From the NCBI GenBank assembly GCA_963762255.1, contig CAVXKA010000001.1, positions 896,001 to 960,000 on the forward strand: 64,000 bases of DNA, read 5' to 3'. Under the pieces are notes generated by a model that ran no database searches, was not told the DNA's origin, and saw only the letters and a list, made by a program, of their open reading frames with translations. Made by a program: the position numbers and the translations under genes. Position 1 is the stretch's first letter. Each line of letters starts with the position of its first letter. This document shows, one piece after another, positions 55,917-64,000 of the stretch. The stretch is from Candidatus Eiseniibacteriota bacterium (GTDB taxonomy: Bacteria > Eisenbacteria > RBG-16-71-46 > JABDJR01).

Positions 55917-56810
55917 ATGGTGAGATTCCTCGGCGCAGCGCTCGCCATGCTATTCGTCGCGGTGGCGGGCCGCCCCGCCGAGGCCGCGCCGCTCCTCCCG
56001 CCCGAGCCCGAGTTCGGCGCCTACCGATTCGTCGCCAACGTCGACGACGCCGTCTCGGTCTTCCTCAACCCCGCCGCCATGGCGGGCGCGAAGGGGATGA
56101 ACCTCCTCATGGACCTCTCCGGCGGTCACCACCTCCCCGACGAGTGGTCGGGGGCGCTGCAAGGGGGGTGGTCGGGGTTCGGCTACCGCCACAACCAGGG
56201 CAAGAGGTGCGGCACATGCGGCGGCGGCTACCTCAAGGCGGCCACGGTCGGGAATCTCCACGACTGGCGCACGGACAGCTACGTGCTCGCCGCGGCGCAG
56301 GGGGGGCGATGGCTGCGCATCGGGGTCGCGCGCGAGTGGATGGACACCGACACCGACTCCTTCGAGTTGGTCACATGGCACGCCGGCATCCTGAGCCGTC
56401 CCTCGCCGCGGCTCGCCGTCGGCGGCACGATCGAACGCCTCGACACGCCGAGCTACGGCCAGGTCGAGATGCGTCCGCGCTACACCTACGGCGTCTCGCT
56501 TCGCCCGCTCCCCTCGTCGCCGGATCTTCTCGTGCTGAACGTGCAGGGACGCCACGAGGACGGCGGGCACGGCCGCGTCGACATGCTCTACGGCGTCGGC
56601 ATGTCAACGCAATCGGGCTACGACGCGGCGATCACCCTGCGCGATCTCAACGGTGCTCCGCCCGAATTCGGGCTCTCGATCACCCGCCGCCTGAGCAACG
56701 GGGCCTACACCGGGCGCCTGCGCACGGTGAAGCGCGGCACCGACGATGTGCGGGGCTCGATCACGGTGCAGGCCTTCGACGAGTTCTGGCGGCGCTCGCA
56801 TCTCCGATAG
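55917..56810 (+). CDS. secreted probable beta-barrel protein (FadL/PorV-like N-terminal motif)
   Basis: RBS AGGAGG, signal peptide, DDAVSVFLNPAAM motif, amphipathic strands. Confidence 0.55.
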   Translation: MVRFLGAALAMLFVAVAGRPAEAAPLLPPEPEFGAYRFVANVDDAVSVFLNPAAMAGAKGMNLLMDLSGGHHLPDEWSGALQGGWSGFGYRHNQGKRCGTCGGGYLKAATVGNLHDWRTDSYVLAAAQGGRWLRIGVAREWMDTDTDSFELVTWHAGILSRPSPRLAVGGTIERLDTPSYGQVEMRPRYTYGVSLRPLPSSPDLLVLNVQGRHEDGGHGRVDMLYGVGMSTQSGYDAAITLRDLNGAPPEFGLSITRRLSNGAYTGRLRTVKRGTDDVRGSITVQAFDEFWRRSHLR

Positions 56811-56833
56811 GGTTTGATCGGCCTCCGCCCCGA

Positions 56834-57418
56834 TCAGCGAGGACGCCGGGGCCGCAATCCTGTCTCGCCGATCCCCAGGCTCGCGGCCAAGAGCCTCGTG
56901 CGGGTCTCGATGTCGAGCAGCTTGGTCTTCACCGGGAGGCCCCCGCCGTAGCCCCCGATCTTCCCTCCGGCCGCGATCACGCGGTGGCAGGGGACGACAA
57001 TCGGAATCGGGTTGCTCCCGTTGGCCGAACCCACCGCCCGCACTGCCGAAGGCTGGCCGATCGCCGCGGCGACGTCCTTGTAGGTGACCGTGGTGCCGTA
57101 AGGGATGTCGAGGAGCGCCTTCCACACGCGCCGCTGGAACGGCGTTCCCTGGTCGAGATCCAGGGGGAGGCGGAAGACAAGGCGCCGGCCCGCGAAGTAC
57201 TCCTCAAGCTGCTCGATCGGCTGCGCAAAGGGCGCCGAGTTCTCCTCGCCCGCGTTCCCGTAGGTGCGCTCCACAAGGTAGGGGAGCATCTTCGGCTGGG
57301 GTAGGAACATGATGGCGGCGAGCCGCTCATCGCGCGAGACGAGCCCCAGAGGCCCGATCGGACTCTTCAGAATTGTGCGAGCGATCGAGGCGTGCCCGCT
57401 TTCGTAGGCAGGAGCCAT
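56834..57418 (-). CDS. ogt: methylated-DNA--protein-cysteine methyltransferase
   Basis: SPIG.L, GTPFQ..VW..L..IPYG, RAVG.ANG.NP..IVVPCHRV, GGY.GG...K..LL..E; RBS GGAGG. Confidence 0.95.
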   Translation of the reverse strand: MAPAYESGHASIARTILKSPIGPLGLVSRDERLAAIMFLPQPKMLPYLVERTYGNAGEENSAPFAQPIEQLEEYFAGRRLVFRLPLDLDQGTPFQRRVWKALLDIPYGTTVTYKDVAAAIGQPSAVRAVGSANGSNPIPIVVPCHRVIAAGGKIGGYGGGLPVKTKLLDIETRTRLLAASLGIGETGLRPRRPR

Positions 57419-57548
57419 GTCGGTACCTCCGAGCGGGGATGGAGAGAACTCCATCATACGCCCCGTCCGCGGGCGGACCAAGAAGAAAGCCCGGCCATGC
57501 TTCGACTTGCGGGCGGATTCGCGATAGGATGGCGGGCCGGAAACCACC

Positions 57549-58384
57549 ATGACTGTCACCGATCGCCGCCGACTCATCGAAGCTCTCATTGCCGCCGGCC
57601 GCCGCCTGGACGCGCTCGGGTTGGTGCCCGCCCGCGACGGAAATCTATCGGCGCGCTCGGTCCGGGCCGCGTGCTGATCACCGCCACCGGCGCCCGCAAG
57701 CGCTCTCTCACCGCCGAAGATTTCGCGGAGGTCGCCGCCGACGGTCGCCCGATCGCCGGCGCCCGTGCGAGCACCGAGCTCGGCATGCACCTCACCGTCT
57801 ATCGCCTGCGCCCCGACGTGGGCGCGATCGTCCACGCCCATCCGCCGGTCGCGGTGGGATTCGCCAGCGCTGGCCTCGGCCTCACCGAGTGCCTCATGCC
57901 GGAAGTGGCGATGAGCCTCGGCGGGGTCCCCCTTACCCCGTACGCGACCCCCGGCACGCCCGAGATCGAAGCGGCCATCGCCGACGCCGCCCGCGTTCAC
58001 GACGCGTTTCTTCTCGCCAACCACGGCGCGGTGACGCTGGGGGGCACGGTGGACGAGGCGCTGGACCGCATGGAGACGCTCGAGCACTTCGCCCGCATCG
58101 CGCTGGTGACCCGCTTGCTCGGAGGGGGCCGCCCGCTGGGCCCCGCCGAGGTTGCGGCGCTCGAAGCATTGCGCCGCAGCGCCGGCGACCCCCGCCCTAT
58201 CACCTGCGAGCCGGGGAGTGGCCCGGGAGGCTCGGCGCGTTCCGTGCACTGCCCCCTGGATCGCCCCCAACCCATGACCCCACAACCGACTAGCGGCGAC
58301 TTGCCCGATCCCGGCCGCCTGGCCGATGCGGTCACCGAGGCGGTTCGCGCCCTCCTCGGTTCGCCCGTCCCCCGAACGCCTTAA
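57549..58384 (+). pseudogene. class II aldolase (FucA/adducin family) with a one-base deletion near 57656 (pseudogene or assembly error)
   Basis: Frame A: MTVTDRRRLIEALIAAGRRL...DGNLSAR. Frame B: LGPGRVLITATG..K, STE..MH..VY, VHAHPP, LANHG. Confidence 0.8.
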
Positions 58385-58466
58385 CCCCCGTCCCCACCTG
58401 CCGATAATCGCAGCAGGACCGGCCCCGGAGAGGGCAAACGGCACCAACAAGGCAGAGGGCGAACGC

Positions 58467-60416
58467 GTGGGCGATTGGGGACCCTTCCCCGAGGAGGGGA
58501 AGAGCATCGTGCGGCCCGCGGCTGACGAGGGGGATCCCTCTTTGGCGGCGGAAGAGCGCGCCAAGCTGAGGCTCGTGACCGGGAACGAAGCATCCCCGGT
58601 CGCGGACGACGCGACGGCGTTCACGGTGGAGAGTGCCCTCACCGACAGCATCCTCGGCCTCGACGACGCCGAGTCGGACGAGGAAATCCCGGCCGGTACG
58701 TCCCCCGAGACCGCGCAGGTGCGGCGCTTCGCCCGGGCACTGGCCAAGGCCGTGAAGGCGGTGCGCATCTATCCCCTTCAGAACCCGATGTGCCGCCGCT
58801 TCGCCGATGAGGCGACCGCCCGCATGATGGAGACGTTCCAGATCATGGACGCCGTGCGGCTCACCGTGGGCAAGACGAAGTTCTTCTTCGGAGGCGATGC
58901 GGTCCTCGAGCAGCCGGGCCGCGACGACTCGGTGCCCGGGCGTCTCTTCTGGGACGGCATCCGCGAGATCACCTTTCACGTGGGCCTCACGCCGCAGGAG
59001 ACGCTCGACTTCCTCTCCCTCTTCCGCAAGAACGGGCAGAAGGCGGTGGAGGGCGAGGACGATCTCGTGACGCTGATGTGGGCGGGCCGCTTCGAGCACA
59101 TCACGCACATCGCGATCGACGATCTCTTCGACCTCGAGAACGCGGATGACCCGATCCCCGATGAGTTCGGCAAAGAATTCATGAACTACGTGGACCTCGA
59201 GATGCACAACATCGAGGATGACGAAGAGACCGATCGCCTCGCGAAAGAGATTGCGGAGGAGATTCGGGCCAAGCTCCGCTCGGAGGACGACCCTGTGCTC
59301 TTCGGCGTCTCGCCCAAGGAGCGCGAGCGGCTCCTCGAGGAGATCGCCGACGAGGATTCGCCCCGCATGCTGGCCGACATCGTGCGGCTGATGGGGGAAA
59401 CCCTCCATCTAGAGAAAGAGGAGGCGTCGTTCGTGGAGTTGGTGCAGGTGCTGGCCGGCGCCCTGCTCGGGCTTATCGGGGAGGGACGTCTGCACGAGGC
59501 CACCGGGGTCGTGCGGCTTCTGCGACTGGTGCGCGACGACCGCGCCGAACTCACCCCTGCGATGGCCGCCAGCGTCGACTCCGCGCTACGCGCGGCATGG
59601 GACGACACCCGTCGCACCGCGCTCATCCGCCATCTCGATTCCGGAAAGGCGGTGTTCCTGGCCTCTCTCGTGGAGTTCGTGCGCTCTCTCCCGCCGGCGG
59701 CGGTGGGGAGCCTCTGCGAGCTCCTGGGCGAGCTCGAGAGCGCCCGCGCGCGTCGCCATCTCATCGACGCCCTCATCGAGAAGGCGGAAGGAGACGTCAA
59801 TCCCTTCCTTCCCTTCCTGCGGGATCCGCGCTGGTATCTCGTGCGCAACGTGGCCCTCATTCTGGGGACGATGAAGAACGAGCAGTCGGTGGGGCCGTTG
59901 AAGGAACTGCTCCGCCATCCCGATTTCCGTGTCCGGCGCGAGGCGCTCAGCGCGTTGAGCCAGGTGGGTCTAGGTCGCGCGCTCGATGTGCTGGCCGAGG
60001 CGCTCCACGATCCGGATCCGAGAATCCGGATGGGGGCGGCCCGCAACCTCTCTCTCGCCGGTCGCCGGGCGCTGCCGCACCTGCTCACCGTGCTCGAAGA
60101 GAAGGACTTCGACAAGCGAGAACTCAGCGAGAAGCGGACCTTCTACGAATCCCTGGGGTACGCGGGGGGCAAGGAAGTCCTGCCGATCATGCGCGACGTG
60201 CTGGACCGGCGCAGCCTCTTCCGGCGGGCGCAAGCCGAGGAACTGCGGGCGTGCGCCTGCGAGGCGCTGGGCTGGATCGGCGGCCCGGAAGCCAAGGAGC
60301 TTCTGACCGCCCAGCTGAATGAACGATCGGTCCTCGTACGCACGGCAGCCCAGTCGGGGCTGCGGCGCGTCGCCAAGGGGCGCGAAAGCGAGTCCATCGT
60401 CAAGGAGGCTGCCTGA
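58467..60416 (+). CDS. HEAT-repeat protein
   Basis: DPRWYLVRNVA..LG, HPDFRVRREAL.AL, DPDPRIR..AA repeats. Start codon uncertain. Confidence 0.85.
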   Translation: MGDWGPFPEEGKSIVRPAADEGDPSLAAEERAKLRLVTGNEASPVADDATAFTVESALTDSILGLDDAESDEEIPAGTSPETAQVRRFARALAKAVKAVRIYPLQNPMCRRFADEATARMMETFQIMDAVRLTVGKTKFFFGGDAVLEQPGRDDSVPGRLFWDGIREITFHVGLTPQETLDFLSLFRKNGQKAVEGEDDLVTLMWAGRFEHITHIAIDDLFDLENADDPIPDEFGKEFMNYVDLEMHNIEDDEETDRLAKEIAEEIRAKLRSEDDPVLFGVSPKERERLLEEIADEDSPRMLADIVRLMGETLHLEKEEASFVELVQVLAGALLGLIGEGRLHEATGVVRLLRLVRDDRAELTPAMAASVDSALRAAWDDTRRTALIRHLDSGKAVFLASLVEFVRSLPPAAVGSLCELLGELESARARRHLIDALIEKAEGDVNPFLPFLRDPRWYLVRNVALILGTMKNEQSVGPLKELLRHPDFRVRREALSALSQVGLGRALDVLAEALHDPDPRIRMGAARNLSLAGRRALPHLLTVLEEKDFDKRELSEKRTFYESLGYAGGKEVLPIMRDVLDRRSLFRRAQAEELRACACEALGWIGGPEAKELLTAQLNERSVLVRTAAQSGLRRVAKGRESESIVKEAA

Positions 60417-61870
60417 TGGTCACCGTCGACCGTTTGGCGGCGAGCCTCTCCGAGGATCCCCAGAGCCTCGGCCGCGAACTGGCTCGGACGCTGCAGGTAG
60501 CCCTGCGGACGGCCCGCACCCATGGGTGGGCCAACGAGGCGAGCCAGACCGCGGTGGAGGCGCTCACCGCCGCTATCAACGGCACGGTGGCCGCCCGCGG
60601 CGAATTCGGCCTCCACGCCGCCAGCGATTTCCTCTACCTCGACGATGTGCGACTGCGGGTGGACAGCACGGGCTACGGGTTCATGGAGCTCCTGATCAGC
60701 GAGCTCACGACCCGGGGCGTGGGCAGCCTCTTCGTCGCCGGAAAGGTCTCCAGCAACGAGATCCGCCAACTCGCGGACCTTCTCAACGAGCAGTCGGTCG
60801 GAGACGAAGAGACCGCAGCCCTCATCAACCTCAAGCTCGACTCCTTCGATTCGCCGTTCTCGGTGGGCCCGGTGCGGGAGATGAACGAACTCCTCAACCT
60901 CGAGACCGAGCAGGTGGACAAGCGTGAGCGCTGCAAGAAAGCGTTCTTCAAAGCGGTCACTGTCACCAAGGCCATCATGAACTGCGCGCACCTGGGGAAG
61001 CGGCTGGAGTTCCGCCACGCCAAACGGGTGGTGCAGGACATGGTGGATCTCATGATGGACGAGGAGTTCACGCTCCTCGGGTTGACCACCATCAAATCCC
61101 ACGACAACTACACCTTCTACCACTCCGTCAACGTGTGCATCTATTCGCTGGCTCTCGGCAAGCGCGTCGGCTTCAACCGCACCCAGCTCGCCGAGCTCGG
61201 AGTGGCCGCGCTCTTTCACGATCTCGGGAAATCCAGAATCCCCCTCGACATCCTGCGCAAGCCGGGGGCCTTCACGCCTGAGGAGTGGGACGTGATGAAG
61301 ACGCACCCCGAGATGGGGGTGAAGGAGTTGGTGCGGATGCGCGGGCTCTCCAGCCTGGCGTTCAAGTCGATGCTCGCATGCTTCGAACACCACCTGAACT
61401 ACAACGGGTCCGTGGGCGGCTACCCGAAGCTGCGGGCGCCCTACACCCCGCACCTGATCGGGCGGGTGGTGGCCATCGCCGACGCGTTCGACGCCATGAC
61501 GACCCGGCGGGTCTACGTGAAGGCGTCCACTCCTCGGGACAAGGCCCTCTCCTACATGATGAGCCAAGCCTCCACCAAGTTCGATCCGGTGCTCATGCGA
61601 CTGTTCGCCAATATGATCGGCGTCTTCCCGGTCGGGACGGCGGTGCGGCTCACGAGCGGCCGGCTGGCCGTCGTGATGGCGGTCTCCAAGGACCCCAGCC
61701 TCTGTCACCGCCCGGTGGTGCGCCCCATCACCGACAGCAACGGGATTCAGCGCGAGTATCCGGAAATGGACCTCTCCCGGAAGGGAGAGACCGGGGAGTA
61801 CCCCGACGAGGTCGTGAGCACAGTGGACGCGGACGCTCTCGGCCTCGATATCTCGCGCTATTTCATCTAA
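60416..61870 (+). CDS. HD-GYP domain phosphodiesterase
   Basis: HDNYTFYHSVNV, LFHDLGK, HPEMG, EHH...NG..GGYP, IADAFDAMT..R.Y, KFDP. Confidence 0.92.
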   Translation: MVTVDRLAASLSEDPQSLGRELARTLQVALRTARTHGWANEASQTAVEALTAAINGTVAARGEFGLHAASDFLYLDDVRLRVDSTGYGFMELLISELTTRGVGSLFVAGKVSSNEIRQLADLLNEQSVGDEETAALINLKLDSFDSPFSVGPVREMNELLNLETEQVDKRERCKKAFFKAVTVTKAIMNCAHLGKRLEFRHAKRVVQDMVDLMMDEEFTLLGLTTIKSHDNYTFYHSVNVCIYSLALGKRVGFNRTQLAELGVAALFHDLGKSRIPLDILRKPGAFTPEEWDVMKTHPEMGVKELVRMRGLSSLAFKSMLACFEHHLNYNGSVGGYPKLRAPYTPHLIGRVVAIADAFDAMTTRRVYVKASTPRDKALSYMMSQASTKFDPVLMRLFANMIGVFPVGTAVRLTSGRLAVVMAVSKDPSLCHRPVVRPITDSNGIQREYPEMDLSRKGETGEYPDEVVSTVDADALGLDISRYFI

Positions 61871-61912
61871 GTAGAATCCGCCCCGGTTCGGATCGCGGTT
61901 CCCCCGCCCGTC

Positions 61913-61941
61913 TTGACATGGCGGGATCCCTCGCCTATTCT
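61913..61941 (+). promoter_or_regulatory. sigma70 promoter
   Basis: TTGACA-17 nt-TATTCT. Confidence 0.75.
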
Positions 61942-62032
61942 CTCGGGTCGCTTTGCGCTCCCCCTCTCGGACTGTTCGGACCGTTCTCTACATGCCCTCA
62001 ACATACCTATGACGATCCAGGGAGGATCTCCA

Positions 62033-62509
62033 GTGCATAACTGGCGTGCGGCGGTCGTGGTCCTGGCTCTGCTACTCACGGGAGCGGTGAGCGGTTGCAC
62101 CAAGCTAGTCCCCGCCTCAGTCGACGATTTCGGCGCCAACAAGACGGTGGTGGTTACCCTTCGCGACGGTGAGACGATCAGAGGTCACATCCGGCGAGGA
62201 GAGGCAGTGACCTTCACTACCTTCGGACGGGTGTATCGCGCGCGAGTGGAGGACATGGACAACGCGGGGAACATCGTCCTCGCCGGGGCCTACGTCCAGG
62301 AGGAGTACGAACGCTTCTCCCTCCAGCGTGACCGCATGGAAGGCGCGCAGCTGCGGATCACCGACGGCACCGACCGCATCTCCATTCCCGCGTACAAAAT
62401 CGTCAAGGTCGAAGAGGTCACGATCGACAAGATGAAGTCGGCCCGGGCATCGGCCTTCTGGAGCTTCACCTTCTTCGTCGTCGCCAAGATCATGGGAGCG
62501 AGGCTCTAG
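62033..62509 (+). CDS. hypothetical lipoprotein, possible Sm/LSm-like fold
   Basis: RBS GGAGG, GTG start, lipobox VSGC; VVVTLRDGETIRG...DNAGNIVL...ISIP...IVKVE; hydrophobic C-terminus. Confidence 0.65.
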   Translation: MHNWRAAVVVLALLLTGAVSGCTKLVPASVDDFGANKTVVVTLRDGETIRGHIRRGEAVTFTTFGRVYRARVEDMDNAGNIVLAGAYVQEEYERFSLQRDRMEGAQLRITDGTDRISIPAYKIVKVEEVTIDKMKSARASAFWSFTFFVVAKIMGARL

Positions 62510-62543
62510 CCGCCCCCCCGACCGCTGACCGGAGGAAACCGCG

Positions 62544-64000
62544 TTGAAAGCACCCTCTCGCATCCTCGCCGTCATAGTGACCCTTGCCGCGGCATTCGCC
62601 TGGGCGCCGATCGCCCGCTCCCAATCGTCGACGCCCATCGACACCGTGAGCGTGCCGGGCCGAACCGCATGGGAGGACGGCTTTCTCTCCCTGTTGAATC
62701 TGGACCGCGTCCCCCAAGGTAGCCGCGTGATCGGCATGGGAGGCGCCGGTATGGCCCTCCAGGGCGGGGTCGAGTCCGTTGCGCTCAACCCGGCGGTGCT
62801 GACCGGAATCCGCCGAGTCGAGTTGGAGTCCGAGGCCATCTACTACTCCGGCGGCGCGAACGTGAGCTCGTATCCCCAGCAACGGATCGGATCCATCCTG
62901 AGCACCTCCGATTACCGGGTGACCCCCTCGTCGTCTCTGGGCTACAACAACGTCACCGTGGGGATCCCTCTGGTGATCTTCGGATCGCGCGGTGGTCTCG
63001 GCCTCTCCTACCGGCGTGTGGCGCGCACCGGGCATGCGGAGGAAACCCGGGCTCAACTGCTAATCGTAACCTCGGCCAACCAGGAAGTCGCCTACGGCCG
63101 CGGCGACAGTCCTGATGGTGGAATGGACGCGTTCACCCTGTCCGCCGCCCGACAAATGGGGGATCGCGTAAGCCTGGGCGCGAACTTCAACATCGAGAGC
63201 GGTACGCTGGACCGCTCCGAGGCGCTCGGGGTTTCGCTCTATGGGTTCACCGTCCTTTCCGGCGGGTCGTCCTTCAAGCAGGACGTTTCCAGCATGAACT
63301 TCGATCTGGGCGCCCGCGCCGACTTCGGCCGGCTGAAGCTCGCCGCCACCACGTATGTCGGCCACGACATGACGTTCGAGCGGGGATCGGCCGAAGTCCG
63401 GCCGATGACGGACGATCCGAGCGCCGACCGCTACGATCTACGCAGTACTCCGCTCGACAACACGCTCTCCGTTCCCACCATGTTCGGGCTCGGCTCGGCT
63501 TACGCTCTGAACGAGCGGCTCACGCTGGCCGCCGATTACATGATCCGGCCCTGGAGCAAGGCGGAGATCACGCGAACGACGATCGACCCGGTGATGGGAT
63601 TCGCCAATCCCGCCGACTCGACCTCCTTCTACTACAGCTTGGGCGTCTCGGACACTGGCGAGGAGACGTTCAGTGCCCGTTTCGAGGACACCAATAGCCT
63701 TCGGATCGGTCTGGAGTACCTGCTGATCAAGCGGCCGGACTGGACCATGCCGGTGCGCTTGGGCTTCCGCAAGGAAAAGCTGACCCTGACCAACACCACG
63801 ATCCCGGACATCTACACGAACCCCTCCGGGCTCGTGTACGAGCTCTACCACCTCGACGTGATCCCTTCCGATCAGCGCACGGCGGAAGAGCAGGCGCGCT
63901 ACCAGGAACTCGAAGGCGCGATCAGAGAGTTGATCGAATTCAACGATCTCCTCTTCCGGGGCAAGGCCGCGGACGCAACGGTGATTTCTTTCGGTCTGGC
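62544..64000 (+). CDS. FadL/OmpP1/PorV-like outer-membrane protein (3' truncated by window)
   Basis: RBS GGAGG, TTG start, signal peptide, GSRVIGMGGAG......SVALNPA motif. The frame runs off the window end, so it is absent from the ORF track. Confidence 0.8.
   Translation, partial: MKAPSRILAVIVTLAAAFAWAPIARSQSSTPIDTVSVPGRTAWEDGFLSLLNLDRVPQGSRVIGMGGAGMALQGGVESVALNPAVLTGIRRVELESEAIYYSGGANVSSYPQQRIGSILSTSDYRVTPSSSLGYNNVTVGIPLVIFGSRGGLGLSYRRVARTGHAEETRAQLLIVTSANQEVAYGRGDSPDGGMDAFTLSAARQMGDRVSLGANFNIESGTLDRSEALGVSLYGFTVLSGGSSFKQDVSSMNFDLGARADFGRLKLAATTYVGHDMTFERGSAEVRPMTDDPSADRYDLRSTPLDNTLSVPTMFGLGSAYALNERLTLAADYMIRPWSKAEITRTTIDPVMGFANPADSTSFYYSLGVSDTGEETFSARFEDTNSLRIGLEYLLIKRPDWTMPVRLGFRKEKLTLTNTTIPDIYTNPSGLVYELYHLDVIPSDQRTAEEQARYQELEGAIRELIEFNDLLFRGKAADATVISFGL

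Noticed and set aside
1-64000. tRNA, rRNA, tmRNA, known riboswitches, IS elements
   Set aside because: No cloverleaf/T-loop signatures, rRNA motifs, transposase ORFs or terminal inverted repeats recognised by eye; an Infernal/tRNAscan run would be needed to exclude them fully.

Overview
High-GC bacterial chromosomal window, probably a diderm FCB-related lineage such as Ca. Eisenbacteria/Krumholzibacteriota (inferred from FlgD-Ig-tailed secreted proteins, TWGxIK tails and the DUF4159/DUF4175 cluster; not verified). It is mostly housekeeping and envelope genes: mfd-surA-S4, cstA, an Rrf2-led SsuABC-type transporter, aspA, ftsEX-envC, fabH, an ECF sigma module, holB-metG, tatD-rsmA, secDF, DUF4159-DUF4175-TPR, HAD-acpS-nnr, ogt, a class II aldolase, a HEAT + HD-GYP pair and a FadL/PorV-like barrel running off the end. 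I found no rRNA, tRNA, CRISPR array, integrase or transposase. The most unusual locus is 35.2-41.1 kb: an orphan outer-membrane beta-barrel followed by five tandem paralogous lipoproteins. One is doubly frameshifted, four are mosaics of near-identical DNA blocks, several end in a TWGxIK-type tail, and a toxin-antitoxin pair sits inside the array. Other highlights are back-to-back TGCAAC-N18-GTCCA ECF promoters, a perfect Rrf2 operator, a half-deleted RelE toxin with intact antitoxin, a likely ATC start codon, an aldolase with a microcompartment-type tail, and an unnamed domain shared by the HEAT and HD-GYP proteins. All family assignments come from motif recognition by eye; no database search was run.
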